Positions 46,106 through 59,768 are shown, numbered from the stretch's first letter. The stretch is 64,000 nt of DNA from Cryomorphaceae bacterium MED-G14 (GCA_002457715.1 NTKN01000001.1:6826-70825); one strand, 5' to 3'. The notes: generated by a model from the letters alone, not told the origin. Program-made: numbers and translations.

Positions 46106-46915
46106 TTAAGTGCGAGCAAATATAGTAATTTCTTTATCTATTTCTAAAATCTTTTTTCCTAATTGATCACTGTAAATACTTTCAGGATAATCATTAAGAA
46201 ATTCGTTAGAAATTTTTTTAGCATTATTTAATCTTTCCAATTTCAGTGATGGAATACTGTTAATAGCAAGCATATAAGATGAATCAAAAAGATAATACAA
46301 AGCATCCTCTCTGAATGGAGTTCCAGGGTAATCTGAAATAAAACTATTTAAAACTATAATTGCTGATTTATAATCTCTTATGGTATTGTATTGTTTTCCA
46401 ATCTCAAATGCTTTTTCCTCTAGCTTAATCCTTAACTCTTGTACAAGATCGCTAGCATCGGAAAGTTTTTCAGAGTTAGGGTAAAAATTTATAAATTCTT
46501 GTAATTTTTCAATTGCCTCTCTGGTTTTCTCTTGAGTAAGCGTAAATGTTGGAGACTGTTTATAATAACAAAATGCAGCTAAGTAAGCAGCTTCCTCAAC
46601 TTTTTGACTCATAGGATATGCTTTTACAAACTCCTCAAATTTAAATGCGGCAGTTAAGTAATTTTTAGTGTTTAGTAAGCTATTAGCATAAAAGAATGTT
46701 ATCCTTTCAGCCTGAGGTTTTCCTCTATATTTTGGGGATATTTGTTCAAATAAGTTAGATGCCCTTCTCCATTCTTCGTTCTCATAGTACTCTTCGGCAG
46801 CTTTATATTTAATTGCAATATCCTCCGCCCTTAAAATTTTTTGATAGTCATTACATGATATGAGTGTTAGAAAAGCGAATAAAAGAATAAAATTTTTCAA
46901 AATTGTTTTATACAT
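46106..46915 (-). CDS. bamD: outer membrane protein assembly factor BamD (TPR lipoprotein)
   Basis: Lipoprotein signal MYKTILKNFILLFAFLTLISC followed by TPR-like repeats. The start is set at Met15 of the track ORF. Confidence 0.8.
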   Translation of the reverse strand: MYKTILKNFILLFAFLTLISCNDYQKILRAEDIAIKYKAAEEYYENEEWRRASNLFEQISPKYRGKPQAERITFFYANSLLNTKNYLTAAFKFEEFVKAYPMSQKVEEAAYLAAFCYYKQSPTFTLTQEKTREAIEKLQEFINFYPNSEKLSDASDLVQELRIKLEEKAFEIGKQYNTIRDYKSAIIVLNSFISDYPGTPFREDALYYLFDSSYMLAINSIPSLKLERLNNAKKISNEFLNDYPESIYSDQLGKKILEIDKEITIFART

Positions 46916-46919
46916 ATTT

Positions 46920-47828
46920 TTAATTAACATGGGGATGTTCTTTAATAAATTTATCAATTTTAGATTTTAAATCTCCTGATATCTCGCTCAAAGGTAACCT
47001 AACTTTACTACTACACAAATTTAATTTACTTAATGCATATTTTATTCCAGGTGGATTACACTCTTCAAAGATCAAATTTATAAATTCATTTAAAACGAAA
47101 TTATTATCATTTAGTGTTTTTACACTGTTTGTGTCAGATATTATTTGATTATAAGTTTCAACCATAATCTTAGGATAGACATTTGCAGCAACAGAAATTA
47201 TTCCATCAGCACCATTTCTTATCGCATCAATCATTGTAAAATCATCCCCAGATATTACTAAAAAATCACTCTCCAGTATTGACTTTAACTGTTTAATTCT
47301 ATTTACCTCACCAGATGCTTCTTTAATACCTATTATGTTGTCAGAATTTTTATAGATGTTAATTATTGTTTCATTATTAATATTAACGCCTGTTCTACTA
47401 GGTACATTATACATTAAAATTGATTTAGTTGTAGATTGAGAAATATTTAGAAAATGATTGTAAAGACCCTCTTGAGAAGGCTTATTGTAATAAGGACAAA
47501 CAGACATTATTGAATCAAAACCATCGAGATTCGTTGCTTTAATTTCATTGCATAAATAGTTGGTATTATTTGAACTTAATCCTAAAATTAATGGCACTTT
47601 ATTTTTGAAAGCATCAATATATGTATTGTTAACAATGTTTTTCTCATTTATATCCAGAGTTGAAGATTCACCGGTTGTGCCTTGAACAACCACATACGAA
47701 ATTTTAGCATTAATCAAATTTTCAGCTAACTTAAAAACAGCATCTTTATCAAAATTATTTTTATCATCAAAAGGTGTAACAATAGCTACACCTATTCCTG
47801 AAAAAATTGAACTTAAATTCTTAGTCAT
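46920..47828 (-). CDS. dapA: 4-hydroxy-tetrahydrodipicolinate synthase
   Basis: GVAIVTPF, VVQGTTGES and YNVPSRTG, with the Schiff-base Lys region IGIKEASG. Confidence 0.95.
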   Translation of the reverse strand: MTKNLSSIFSGIGVAIVTPFDDKNNFDKDAVFKLAENLINAKISYVVVQGTTGESSTLDINEKNIVNNTYIDAFKNKVPLILGLSSNNTNYLCNEIKATNLDGFDSIMSVCPYYNKPSQEGLYNHFLNISQSTTKSILMYNVPSRTGVNINNETIINIYKNSDNIIGIKEASGEVNRIKQLKSILESDFLVISGDDFTMIDAIRNGADGIISVAANVYPKIMVETYNQIISDTNSVKTLNDNNFVLNEFINLIFEECNPPGIKYALSKLNLCSSKVRLPLSEISGDLKSKIDKFIKEHPHVN

Positions 47829-47832
47829 ATAA

Positions 47833-51211
<3,379 letters not shown>

Positions 51212-51703
51212 GATGAATGTCCAGTGTTTCCTAATGGACTGTCAATAAATTTAAAACCGTAACTTGTATATAGTTTTTGTGCTTTAATCATGTTATGCAT
51301 AGTTTCAATATAACAATATTCAAATCTAGATTTTGATGCATAATCTATACATTTTTTAATCATCAAACTACCTAGACCTTTACCACGAGCAATAGGCAGA
51401 AAATACATCTTTTGAAGTTCACAAACATTTTTATCTGAGTTTTTAAGTGGTGCTATCCCAGCTCCTCCAACAATTTTATTTTCAATGGTTAAAATATAAT
51501 AAATGTGTTTATCTAATAAATATGATTCGTACATATGATTCAATTCTAAATCTGCAAGAGCTGTTCCTTCAGACGGAACACCATACTCATTCATCACATT
51601 TATTAAAGTTTTTTTTATAAATAAATTGTCCTTTTTTTCAATTTTTCTTATGTCAAATTTCATTTCTAACTTAGCATTATAAAATTACTTATAATATTTA
51701 AAA

Positions 51704-52666
51704 ATGAATTATGAATTGTTAATGCAAAGATGTGTAGCTATTGGTAATTCAGTACTAGGTCACACTTATCCTAATCCTAATGTGGGAGCTCTGATCTTCA
51801 AAGATGGAAAAATAATAAGTGAAGGCTACACTGGACATCCTGGTCAAAATCATGCTGAGATTAATGCAATTGAAAATATTAACGATAAAAAATATTTAGA
51901 AAATTCCACCATGGTTGTAACTCTTGAGCCATGTTCACATTACGGTAAAACTCCACCATGTACAAAAAAAATTATTGAAAGTAAAATTAATAAAGTAATA
52001 ATTGGTTGCAAAGATCCTAACCTTCTTGTTAATGGGTCAGGAATTGATCAATTAATAAATAATAATATCGATGTTAAAGTAGGTGTATTAGAAAATGAGT
52101 GTCTTGAATTACATAAAAGATTTTTTACTTTTCAAACTAAAAAAAGACCATATATAATTCTAAAATGGGCAGAAACTGATGATGGTATAATTTCTCCAAA
52201 ACACAAAAATAATTATAGACCCTACTGGATCTCAAACGATGTTTCAAGACAATATGTACATAAGTGGAGAAGTCAAGAACATGCTATATTAGTTGGGTCA
52301 AAAACAATTGATTTTGACAACCCACTTTTAGATTCAAGAAATTGGGATAATAATAGTCCAATTAAAATTGTCATTGGAAATCCTAAAATTAAGTCAAAAG
52401 ATACACTCTACATTCACAATGGTAACGATTTAAATATTGAAAATATTACTAATTTCCTATATAAAAATAACATACAAAGTATTTTGGTTGAGGGTGGTTA
52501 TAAAACTTTAAAAACTTTTATAGAAAATAATTTATGGGATGAAGCAAGAATATTTAAATCAAAAAATAAATTAAAAAAAGGAGTATTAGCTCCGAAAATA
52601 AATGGAAAAAAAATTTATGAACAAAATATAAAAAATGATAATCTTAAAATTATAAGAAATCATTAA
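51704..52666 (+). CDS. ribD: bifunctional riboflavin deaminase / reductase RibD (short, 320 aa)
   Basis: Deaminase motifs HAEINAI and EPCSHYGKTPPC, followed by a reductase domain containing ILVEGG. Confidence 0.9.
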   Translation: MNYELLMQRCVAIGNSVLGHTYPNPNVGALIFKDGKIISEGYTGHPGQNHAEINAIENINDKKYLENSTMVVTLEPCSHYGKTPPCTKKIIESKINKVIIGCKDPNLLVNGSGIDQLINNNIDVKVGVLENECLELHKRFFTFQTKKRPYIILKWAETDDGIISPKHKNNYRPYWISNDVSRQYVHKWRSQEHAILVGSKTIDFDNPLLDSRNWDNNSPIKIVIGNPKIKSKDTLYIHNGNDLNIENITNFLYKNNIQSILVEGGYKTLKTFIENNLWDEARIFKSKNKLKKGVLAPKINGKKIYEQNIKNDNLKIIRNH

Positions 52667-53057
52667 TTTTTTTTAATATATTTTTTGGACACCTTACAGG
52701 GATTTTATCAATACTATTTAGAAATATTAATTTTGTATAACCTTCATTGATTAACTCATTATTTTTTTTTAAAATATAACTAAATTCAATTGAATATGAT
52801 GGTGATTTAATTATAGTAGTTTCTAAAACTAATTCATCATCAAAAAAAGCTGGTTTTCTAAATTTAATTTTTGTTTCTACTACAGGTAAAATAATATTTT
52901 CTGATTCTAATTTCTTATATGAAAAACCTATATTTTTAAACCAAGCAAGTCTCCCAATTTCGTAATACTTTAAATAGTTACTATGGTGAACAAAAGACAT
53001 TGTATCAGTTTCAGAGTATCTGACATTAATTCTAATTTTTGAAGTTTTTTTTAACAA
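52650..53057 (-). CDS. YbgC/4HBT-type acyl-CoA thioesterase
   Basis: RYSETDTMSFVHHSNYLKYYE is the catalytic Asp region. 135 aa with a TTG start. It overlaps the ribD 3' end by 17 nt. Confidence 0.8.
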   Translation of the reverse strand: MLKKTSKIRINVRYSETDTMSFVHHSNYLKYYEIGRLAWFKNIGFSYKKLESENIILPVVETKIKFRKPAFFDDELVLETTIIKSPSYSIEFSYILKKNNELINEGYTKLIFLNSIDKIPVRCPKNILKKINDFL

Positions 53058-53227
53058 AAAATTACAGGATTTTAACTTGTCTATAATATCAAAAAAAGTT
53101 TTTTAAAAATCAATAGTGAAATGATTTTTTTTTAAAAAAAAAATGTACATATTTGTCTGTGTAATTATAAAGATAAACTTAATCTAGTTTATCAATTTAA
53201 TAACAACAAATTAAATAAAAGTTTTAA

Positions 53228-54649
53228 ATGACTGCAGTAACAGTATGGAATAATTGTCTAGAATTCATAAAAGATAATATACAACTGCAGGCTTATAAAA
53301 CATGGTTTGAACCAATAAAACCAGTTAAGCTTGAAGATAATATTCTCAGTGTTCAAGTACCAAGTAAATTTTTTTATGAATGGCTTGAGGAACACTACAT
53401 TAAAATATTAAAATCATCACTTAGCAAAGAGCTGGGAAAAGATGCCAAGTTAGTTTACATTATCAAAATGGAAAATAATTTTGGGTCGTCAAAAACATTC
53501 ACAGAAAAAATACCAAGTCAGTATAAGCCTAAATTGAGTTCACAAACAGTTGAAAGTTCATCAAACTTTCTCAAATCCGAGTTAACAAATCCATTTGTAA
53601 TTCCTGGAATAAAAAATCTCAAGATTAATTCACAACTAAATCCAAATTACAATTTTAACAATTTTCTTGAAGGTGATTCAAATAGGCTAGCTAGGTCAGC
53701 TGGTTATGCTGTTTCCAATAGGCCTGGTGGAACTTCATTTAACCCTCTTTTAATATTCGGAGGTGTTGGATTGGGTAAAACACATTTAGTTAATGCGATC
53801 GGAATTAATATTAAACAAAAATTTCCTGAAAAAACCGTATTATATATATCAGCAGAAAAATTTACTCAGCAATATATTGATTCAGTGAAAAAGAATAACA
53901 GAAATGACTTTATTCATTTTTACCAGTTAATTGATGTTTTAATAATTGATGACGTTCAATTTTTCTCAGGTAAATCAGGAACTCAAGATGTATTTTTTCA
54001 TATTTTTAATCACTTACATCAAAATGGTAAGCAGGTAATTTTGACATCAGATAAAGCTCCTGTTGATATGCAGGAAATTGAACAAAGACTACTATCCAGA
54101 TTTAAATGGGGGTTGTCTGCTGAGCTTCAAACTCCAGACCTTGAAACTCGTATTTCAATAATAAAAAATAAATTACTTTTAGATGGTGTAGAGATAAATG
54201 AAGAAATTATTTTTTATGTTGCAAAAAATATAAAGACTAATGTTAGGGAACTTGAAGGAGCCATAATTTCTCTTATGGCTCAATCCTCTTTCAATAGAAA
54301 GAAAATCACAATTGATCTTGCAAAAGTTATAGTTGAGAAATTTGTTAAAAATACTAAGAAAGAAATCTCAATTGATCAAATTCAAAAAGTAGTTTCTGAT
54401 TATTTCCAAATGGATGTTACTACACTTCAATCAAAAACTAGAAAAAGACACATCGTCCAAGCAAGGCAGTTAGCAATGTTTTTCTCAAAAAAATTTACAA
54501 AAGCATCATTAGCAAGTATTGGAAATAAAATTGGACATAGAGACCACGCAACTGTTCTACATGCATGTAAAACAGTTGATAACTTAGCATTTACAGATAA
54601 ACATTTTCGTAAGTATGTTGAAGATTTAACAAGTAAATTTACTGACTAA
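53228..54649 (+). CDS. dnaA: chromosomal replication initiator protein DnaA
   Basis: AAA+ Walker A GGVGLGKTHL, IDDVQF, and the domain IV motif HRDHATVLHACK. 473 aa. Confidence 0.97.
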   Translation: MTAVTVWNNCLEFIKDNIQLQAYKTWFEPIKPVKLEDNILSVQVPSKFFYEWLEEHYIKILKSSLSKELGKDAKLVYIIKMENNFGSSKTFTEKIPSQYKPKLSSQTVESSSNFLKSELTNPFVIPGIKNLKINSQLNPNYNFNNFLEGDSNRLARSAGYAVSNRPGGTSFNPLLIFGGVGLGKTHLVNAIGINIKQKFPEKTVLYISAEKFTQQYIDSVKKNNRNDFIHFYQLIDVLIIDDVQFFSGKSGTQDVFFHIFNHLHQNGKQVILTSDKAPVDMQEIEQRLLSRFKWGLSAELQTPDLETRISIIKNKLLLDGVEINEEIIFYVAKNIKTNVRELEGAIISLMAQSSFNRKKITIDLAKVIVEKFVKNTKKEISIDQIQKVVSDYFQMDVTTLQSKTRKRHIVQARQLAMFFSKKFTKASLASIGNKIGHRDHATVLHACKTVDNLAFTDKHFRKYVEDLTSKFTD

Positions 54650-55272
54650 TCTAATAAGATTGGTTTTCTTACCGATCTAATTTTGGAAATATCAAATCCT
54701 TTAAATATTCTAATGTAGTCTGAAATCTTTGTTCCATTAATATCTTTAAAATCTAAGTTGATTTGTCCATTGCTTCGTAAAAATTTTTTTACATTTCCAG
54801 GACCAGAAAGATGAGCTGCTGCAATTATACCTGACTCAGTTATAAGCAAATTATTGATCATTAGCCCATTAAATCTTCTAATCTCTCTTCTTAATATCCA
54901 TTTATTTCTCATTACATTCATAAGGAAAGCTTTTTCTTGAAGGGCTGGTTCATTAATAAAATTATTTATTAGGTAATCTATTTTTAAAACTTTTAAAGTT
55001 GATTTTCCAAACTGATATTTTCCAAGATAACCAAGTCTATTAATTTTTTTGTAATCAGACCCAGATTCAAAAAAACCTAAAAATTCTTTGAATCCAATAA
55101 AATCTTTTTTTATGAATGGAACAGTATGCTTAATTTGTTCAAAATCGTAACTTAAAGAAACACTATATTTAAAATCATCAGGAGGCGTAATGGTTAAATT
55201 TGAGGGAAGGAATACTAAGCCAAATAGAATGGCTTTTAAAAAAAATGATATTAGTCTTATTTTAAAAAACAA
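54646..55272 (-). CDS. hypothetical exported protein, possibly lysozyme-like / lytic transglycosylase fold
   Basis: TTG start with an N-terminal hydrophobic anchor (FFKIRLISFFLKAILFGLVFL). FESGSDYKKINRLGYLGKYQFG resembles the E-S ... G-x-x-Q pattern of family-1 lytic transglycosylases, but the resemblance is weak. Confidence 0.5.
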   Translation of the reverse strand: MFFKIRLISFFLKAILFGLVFLPSNLTITPPDDFKYSVSLSYDFEQIKHTVPFIKKDFIGFKEFLGFFESGSDYKKINRLGYLGKYQFGKSTLKVLKIDYLINNFINEPALQEKAFLMNVMRNKWILRREIRRFNGLMINNLLITESGIIAAAHLSGPGNVKKFLRSNGQINLDFKDINGTKISDYIRIFKGFDISKIRSVRKPILLD

Positions 55273-55285
55273 TACTAAAAAATTG

Positions 55286-55304
55286 AAATAGTCAGTGACT
55301 ATTT
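55286..55304. repeat. perfect 19-bp palindrome AAATAGTCA-G-TGACTATTT
   Basis: It has 9-bp arms. It lies 47 nt after the mltG stop and 14 nt before the TTG start of the 208-aa ORF. On the minus strand it is followed by TCAATTTTTT, so it may be a terminator or an operator. Confidence 0.5.
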
Positions 55305-55351
55305 GTCATTGCAAAACTAAGTATTTTTTTAATTATCTGATAATCAATTAT

Positions 55352-56386
55352 TTATCTTCTTATGTTTCTATCTCTTAACCATTTGGTATACTGTCTTTTG
55401 TTCAGATTATGTTCAGCATTTGTTCTAGAAAATAAATGGTAGCCTGGATTTGAAACATCTGCAACAAAATAGATAAAAGAATGGTCCATAGGATTTAATA
55501 CAGCTTCAATTGCAGAAATATCAGGTGTAACTATTGGACCAGGTGGTAAGCCTCTATTAAAGTAAGTATTGTAGGGAGATTTGATTCTTAAATCTTTATA
55601 TAGAACTCTTCTTATTTTTGTATCAAACCCATCTCTTTTTTTTATTGTATAAACAACAGTTGGATCTGCTTGAAGTTTCATTCTTTTGTCTAATCGATTT
55701 AAATAAACTCCTGCAATTGTCGGCCTCTCATCTACCTTAGGTGTCTCTTTCTGAACAATTGATGCAAGAGTCATTACCTCAATTGGATTCAGATTAATTT
55801 TATTGGATTTATTAATTCTATCATCATTCCAAAAAACATCAAACTCTTTTAATATTCTTTCCCTAAACTGTAATGCACTGGTGTTCCAAAAAAACTCATA
55901 TGTATTTGGAATAAATAAAGAAAAAACTGACTCATTATTGAGGTTTAAATCATTTAAAAAATCTTTATCAGAAAAAATCTCTACTAGGCTTAAACTGTCT
56001 GCTTCAATCTTTAATGAAATATGACCAAAAAGCTGGTTTAATGTTTCTACGTTGTTAAAAGTAACTTTAAGCGGAATATTTTGAGATCTTAATGAATTTA
56101 TAATTTCAGTATTGTTGTCTCCATTTTTAATTTTAAATCTACCGGGTTTAATGTTCTCTAAATAACCCTTATAACCAGCTGCCTCAATAAACTTTGGAAT
56201 ATCTGTTAAGTAATTTTTTAATGAATCGAGAAGCTGGTTTTGATCAGAAGAAGTAGGAATGTGTAAAAAAATATAATCTTTATTAAATTTAGTATTAGTT
56301 TTTAAAAAAATATTGTAATAATAATTTCCTCCTGCAAGTCCAAGAACGAAAATTAAAATAATTAAGATGTATTTTACTTTTTTCAA
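55352..56386 (-). CDS. mltG: endolytic murein transglycosylase MltG (YceG-like)
   Basis: N-terminal TM, LASIVQKET, and the ADPTVVY..YNTY..GLPPGPI pattern. 344 aa. Confidence 0.9.
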   Translation of the reverse strand: MKKVKYILIILIFVLGLAGGNYYYNIFLKTNTKFNKDYIFLHIPTSSDQNQLLDSLKNYLTDIPKFIEAAGYKGYLENIKPGRFKIKNGDNNTEIINSLRSQNIPLKVTFNNVETLNQLFGHISLKIEADSLSLVEIFSDKDFLNDLNLNNESVFSLFIPNTYEFFWNTSALQFRERILKEFDVFWNDDRINKSNKINLNPIEVMTLASIVQKETPKVDERPTIAGVYLNRLDKRMKLQADPTVVYTIKKRDGFDTKIRRVLYKDLRIKSPYNTYFNRGLPPGPIVTPDISAIEAVLNPMDHSFIYFVADVSNPGYHLFSRTNAEHNLNKRQYTKWLRDRNIRR

Positions 56387-57168
56387 AACTTTATAACACC
56401 ATCAAAAACTTTTTTTACTTTTCCAGATAAATATATATCAGTGTATATGTCCTTTGATTTTCTAAATTTAATATTTAAAAGACCTCCTTTTGTCTCAAGT
56501 TTAATCTTATTAATATCAGTTAAAGATAAAATATTTAAAGCAATTGCCGCCGCTACAGCACCAGTTCCACAAGAAAGGGTTTCATCTTCAACCCCTCTTT
56601 CATAAGTTCTAATTTTAAATGAATTGTCACTACTCTTACTAATATAATTAACATTTACACCTTTTTTAAACTGCTTATTGTGTTGGATTTTTTGCGATAC
56701 ATTAATCAAATCTATATTATTAACATCTTGAACAATTTTTACTAAATGAGGTGACCCTGTATCAATAAACAAGTAATCTTCATATTTTTCAAAACCGATA
56801 ACATCCGACATTGAAATATTTATTATGTCATGATCGACAATGCCCTCATGGATTCCATCAAAAGCATTAAACTTTGTTTTAGATTTAATAATATTATTTA
56901 TGAAAGAAAAATGAACTGAACATCTAGCTCCATTACCACACATTGAACCAATGAATCCATCAGAATTATAATAAATCATTTCAAATGGGAGAGAACTATG
57001 TTTATCAATTAAAATCAATCCATCAGCACCAATACCAAGTTTTCGATCACATAATTCAATTATAAGTTTATTATCGTTTTTTGGAAAGAAATTTGATATA
57101 TTATTAATGATTATAAAATCATTGCCAGTGCCTTGATATTTTGAAAACTTAATATTCATTTTGTTCAA
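56383..57168 (-). CDS. dapF: diaminopimelate epimerase
   Basis: KYQGTGNDF and the catalytic Cys motifs MCGNGARC and SCGTGA. Confidence 0.95.
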   Translation of the reverse strand: MNKMNIKFSKYQGTGNDFIIINNISNFFPKNDNKLIIELCDRKLGIGADGLILIDKHSSLPFEMIYYNSDGFIGSMCGNGARCSVHFSFINNIIKSKTKFNAFDGIHEGIVDHDIINISMSDVIGFEKYEDYLFIDTGSPHLVKIVQDVNNIDLINVSQKIQHNKQFKKGVNVNYISKSSDNSFKIRTYERGVEDETLSCGTGAVAAAIALNILSLTDINKIKLETKGGLLNIKFRKSKDIYTDIYLSGKVKKVFDGVIKF

Positions 57169-57252
57169 TTTATAAATTTTATATGTTGTGTTAAAAAGAA
57201 GTTAAAAATTAAACGAAAAAAATCAAATAAATTAATTTTACAAAAAAAAAGT

Positions 57253-58641
57253 ATGAAAAGATTAAAAAATATTTTTGGAATTATTATACTAGTAGTTTTT
57301 ATAAACATCATTTTAAAATCTTTAAATGATGAAAAAAGCTTTGCCTCAAACAATACAATTAACACTATTAATTACTCAAAAGATCTTCAAAAAATTGACC
57401 CCAACCCTCAGTTAAGGTTTTTTCAAAACCCAGATTTTACAATTGCTGCAGAAAAAACTATCAATTCAGTCGTTCATGTAAAAAATACAGCACTTTCTAA
57501 AGGGAATAATAGTATTTGGGACTTATTTTATGGAAACGGTCAAAATAGAAGAACAGTGGGTACTGGATCAGGTGTTATAGTTTCAAGTGATGGTTATATC
57601 ATAACTAATTTTCATGTAATTGAAAATGCAAGTGAAATTGAAATAACAACTAACGACAATAAAACTTTTGTTGCAGAAATTATAGGTAGTGATGAAAATT
57701 CAGATATTGCTATATTAAAAATTTCTGGAAATAATTCATTTCCCTACATAAGATTTGCAGACTCAGATCAAACAAGAATTGGAGAATGGGTTTTAGCTGT
57801 TGGTAATCCCTTTAATCTTACATCAACTGTTACTGCTGGAATAATAAGTGCTAAATCCAGAGATTTGAATGACTACGATTCGAAGAATCAGTCTTTTATT
57901 CAAACTGACGCAGCTGTAAATAGTGGAAATAGCGGTGGAGCACTTGTAAATATTAATGGTGACTTAATTGGAATAAATACTGCTATACAAAGTAATAATG
58001 CTGGTTTTATTGGTTATTCATTTGCTGTACCAAGTAATATAGCTAGAAAAATTTATGAAGACATTCTTGAATTTGGCGATGTTCAAAGGGGACTGTTGGG
58101 CGTTACTGGCCAAAGTCTAAATACCCAGTTATCAAATGAATTAGAACTATCAATAACTGAGGGGTTTTATGTGAATAGTACCGATGAAAGTATGGGAGCA
58201 CATATTGCAGGAATTAAACAAGGGGATGTTATAATAAAAATTAATGATGTTGATATTAGAAAATTTTCAGATTTGACAGGTTACTTGAACTCAAAAAGAC
58301 CAGGAGATATTTTAGATGTAGTTATTGACAGAAAAGGAATAACAAAAAAATTAAAAGTTAATCTTAAGAGAAGCACTTATATTCAATTTTATGGAATGCA
58401 GTTAAAGGACGCAACAAAAAAAATATTAGATGAAAAATCTACAAAAAACGGAGTTGTTGTTGTTGTTAACAGAAATGGAACTCTTTATAGGATGGGTGTT
58501 AGAGCAGGTTACATTCTTTCAGAAATTAATGATACACCAATATATTCAACTTCTGAGTTGAGCTCATTTGAAAATGAGAATATTTATCAAATTACTTTTA
58601 TTGATCTTAATGGGGAAAAGGAAAGACTAATTTTTGACTAA
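57253..58641 (+). CDS. HtrA/DegQ-family periplasmic serine protease with PDZ domains
   Basis: N-terminal anchor. Catalytic triad TNFHVI, DIAILKI and GNSGGAL. PDZ-like region GIKQGDVIIKIND. Confidence 0.9.
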   Translation: MKRLKNIFGIIILVVFINIILKSLNDEKSFASNNTINTINYSKDLQKIDPNPQLRFFQNPDFTIAAEKTINSVVHVKNTALSKGNNSIWDLFYGNGQNRRTVGTGSGVIVSSDGYIITNFHVIENASEIEITTNDNKTFVAEIIGSDENSDIAILKISGNNSFPYIRFADSDQTRIGEWVLAVGNPFNLTSTVTAGIISAKSRDLNDYDSKNQSFIQTDAAVNSGNSGGALVNINGDLIGINTAIQSNNAGFIGYSFAVPSNIARKIYEDILEFGDVQRGLLGVTGQSLNTQLSNELELSITEGFYVNSTDESMGAHIAGIKQGDVIIKINDVDIRKFSDLTGYLNSKRPGDILDVVIDRKGITKKLKVNLKRSTYIQFYGMQLKDATKKILDEKSTKNGVVVVVNRNGTLYRMGVRAGYILSEINDTPIYSTSELSSFENENIYQITFIDLNGEKERLIFD

Positions 58642-58645
58642 ATTG

Positions 58646-59326
58646 ATGAAAAAAATTGAAATAATTAGTGCAACCCCACAATTACTAGAAAGTCCTTTTT
58701 CAGGATCAATAATGAAAAGAGCTGTTGATAAGAAAATTGTTCAAATTAATTTTCATGATCTAAAAAATTTTTCATCCTCCAAAAAAAAACAAATTGATGA
58801 CTATCAGTTTGGAGGTGGGTCAGGGATGGTCTTAATGATAGAACCTATTTTCAATTGTATTAATTTTTTAAAAAAAAATGACAAATATTCAGAAGTAATA
58901 TATATGACACCAGATGCTCCAATTTTAGATCAAAAAACAAGTAATAAACTGTCAATCTCTGGAAATTTAATTATAATATGTGGTCATTACAAGGGAATTG
59001 ATCAAAGAATTAGAGATAATTTTGTTACAATGGAGATTTCAATTGGTGATTATGTATTATCTGGTGGTGAACTTCCAGCTGCAGTATTATGTGATTCAAT
59101 AGTTCGATTAATTCCAGGGGTATTAAATGATGAAACTTCTGCGTTGACAGATTCTTTTCAAGACAATATTCTTGCGCCACCAGTTTACACAAGACCATCA
59201 TCATTTAACGAAATGGAAGTTCCAGCCGTACTTCTTTCAGGAGATCAAAAGAAAATAGAAAATTGGAGAGAAAAAAAATCTTTTGAAAAAACAAAAAAGA
59301 TTAGACCTGATTTACTTAGTAAATAA
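58646..59326 (+). CDS. trmD: tRNA (guanine37-N1)-methyltransferase
   Basis: The ATG at 58646 gives MKKIEIISATPQ. CGHYKGIDQR and SIGDYVLSGGELPA motifs are present. Confidence 0.93.
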   Translation: MKKIEIISATPQLLESPFSGSIMKRAVDKKIVQINFHDLKNFSSSKKKQIDDYQFGGGSGMVLMIEPIFNCINFLKKNDKYSEVIYMTPDAPILDQKTSNKLSISGNLIIICGHYKGIDQRIRDNFVTMEISIGDYVLSGGELPAAVLCDSIVRLIPGVLNDETSALTDSFQDNILAPPVYTRPSSFNEMEVPAVLLSGDQKKIENWREKKSFEKTKKIRPDLLSK

Positions 59327-59350
59327 TTTTTTTAAAAAACAAAAAATATG

Positions 59351-59358
59351 TAAGTTTG
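59351..59358 (+). promoter_or_regulatory. -7 box (TAAGTTTG) for rplS
   Basis: Exact TAnnTTTG 56 nt upstream of the rplS ATG, which leaves a structured leader. Confidence 0.4.
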
Positions 59359-59414
59359 CCACCCGTTGATTAACCGCTGATTCATATGTATGTTAATCAT
59401 ATAAATACAAAAAA

Positions 59415-59765
59415 ATGGAATCTTTAGTAAAATATGTTCAAGATGAATTCATAAACCAAAATGAATTTCCATCATTCAAATCAGGAGACACAATCACAGT
59501 ATATTACGAAATTAAGGAAGGACAAAAAACAAGAACACAGTTTTTTAAAGGAGTTGTTATTCAAATTAAAGGTACTGGAAAGACTAAAACTTTTACTGTT
59601 AGAAAAATGTCTGGAACTGTGGGTATCGAAAGAATTTTTCCTATCAATTTACCCTCCATCAAGAAAATTGAATTGAATAAAAAAGGTAAAGTTAGAAGAT
59701 CTAGAATTTATTATTTCAAAGAATTGAGAGGTAAAAAAGCTAGAATTAAAGAGGCTAAAAAGTAA
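59415..59765 (+). CDS. rplS: 50S ribosomal protein L19
   Basis: FKSGDTITVYYEIKEG..RTQFFKGVVI..RKMSGTVGIERIFP. 116 aa. Confidence 0.97.
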   Translation: MESLVKYVQDEFINQNEFPSFKSGDTITVYYEIKEGQKTRTQFFKGVVIQIKGTGKTKTFTVRKMSGTVGIERIFPINLPSIKKIELNKKGKVRRSRIYYFKELRGKKARIKEAKK

Positions 59766-59768
59766 TTC

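Noticed and set aside
53058-53227. I considered the 170-nt AT-rich spacer upstream of dnaA as oriC. It contains a T9A10 tract at 53125-53143 and the palindrome ATGTACAT.
   Set aside because: I could not find a single good DnaA box (TTATCCACA or TGTGGATAA) here, nor in the dapF/htrA spacer (57169-57252). Only isolated 8/9 matches occur, and they are inside coding regions. Gene orientation does switch from mostly minus to mostly plus around 53-57 kb, but orientation is mixed elsewhere in the window. Origin assignment needs a whole-genome GC-skew analysis.
57165-57365. A 66-aa minus-strand ORF spans the dapF-htrA spacer.
   Set aside because: It overlaps the htrA N-terminal signal region, is Phe/Ile/Lys low-complexity sequence, and would sit in a divergent promoter region.
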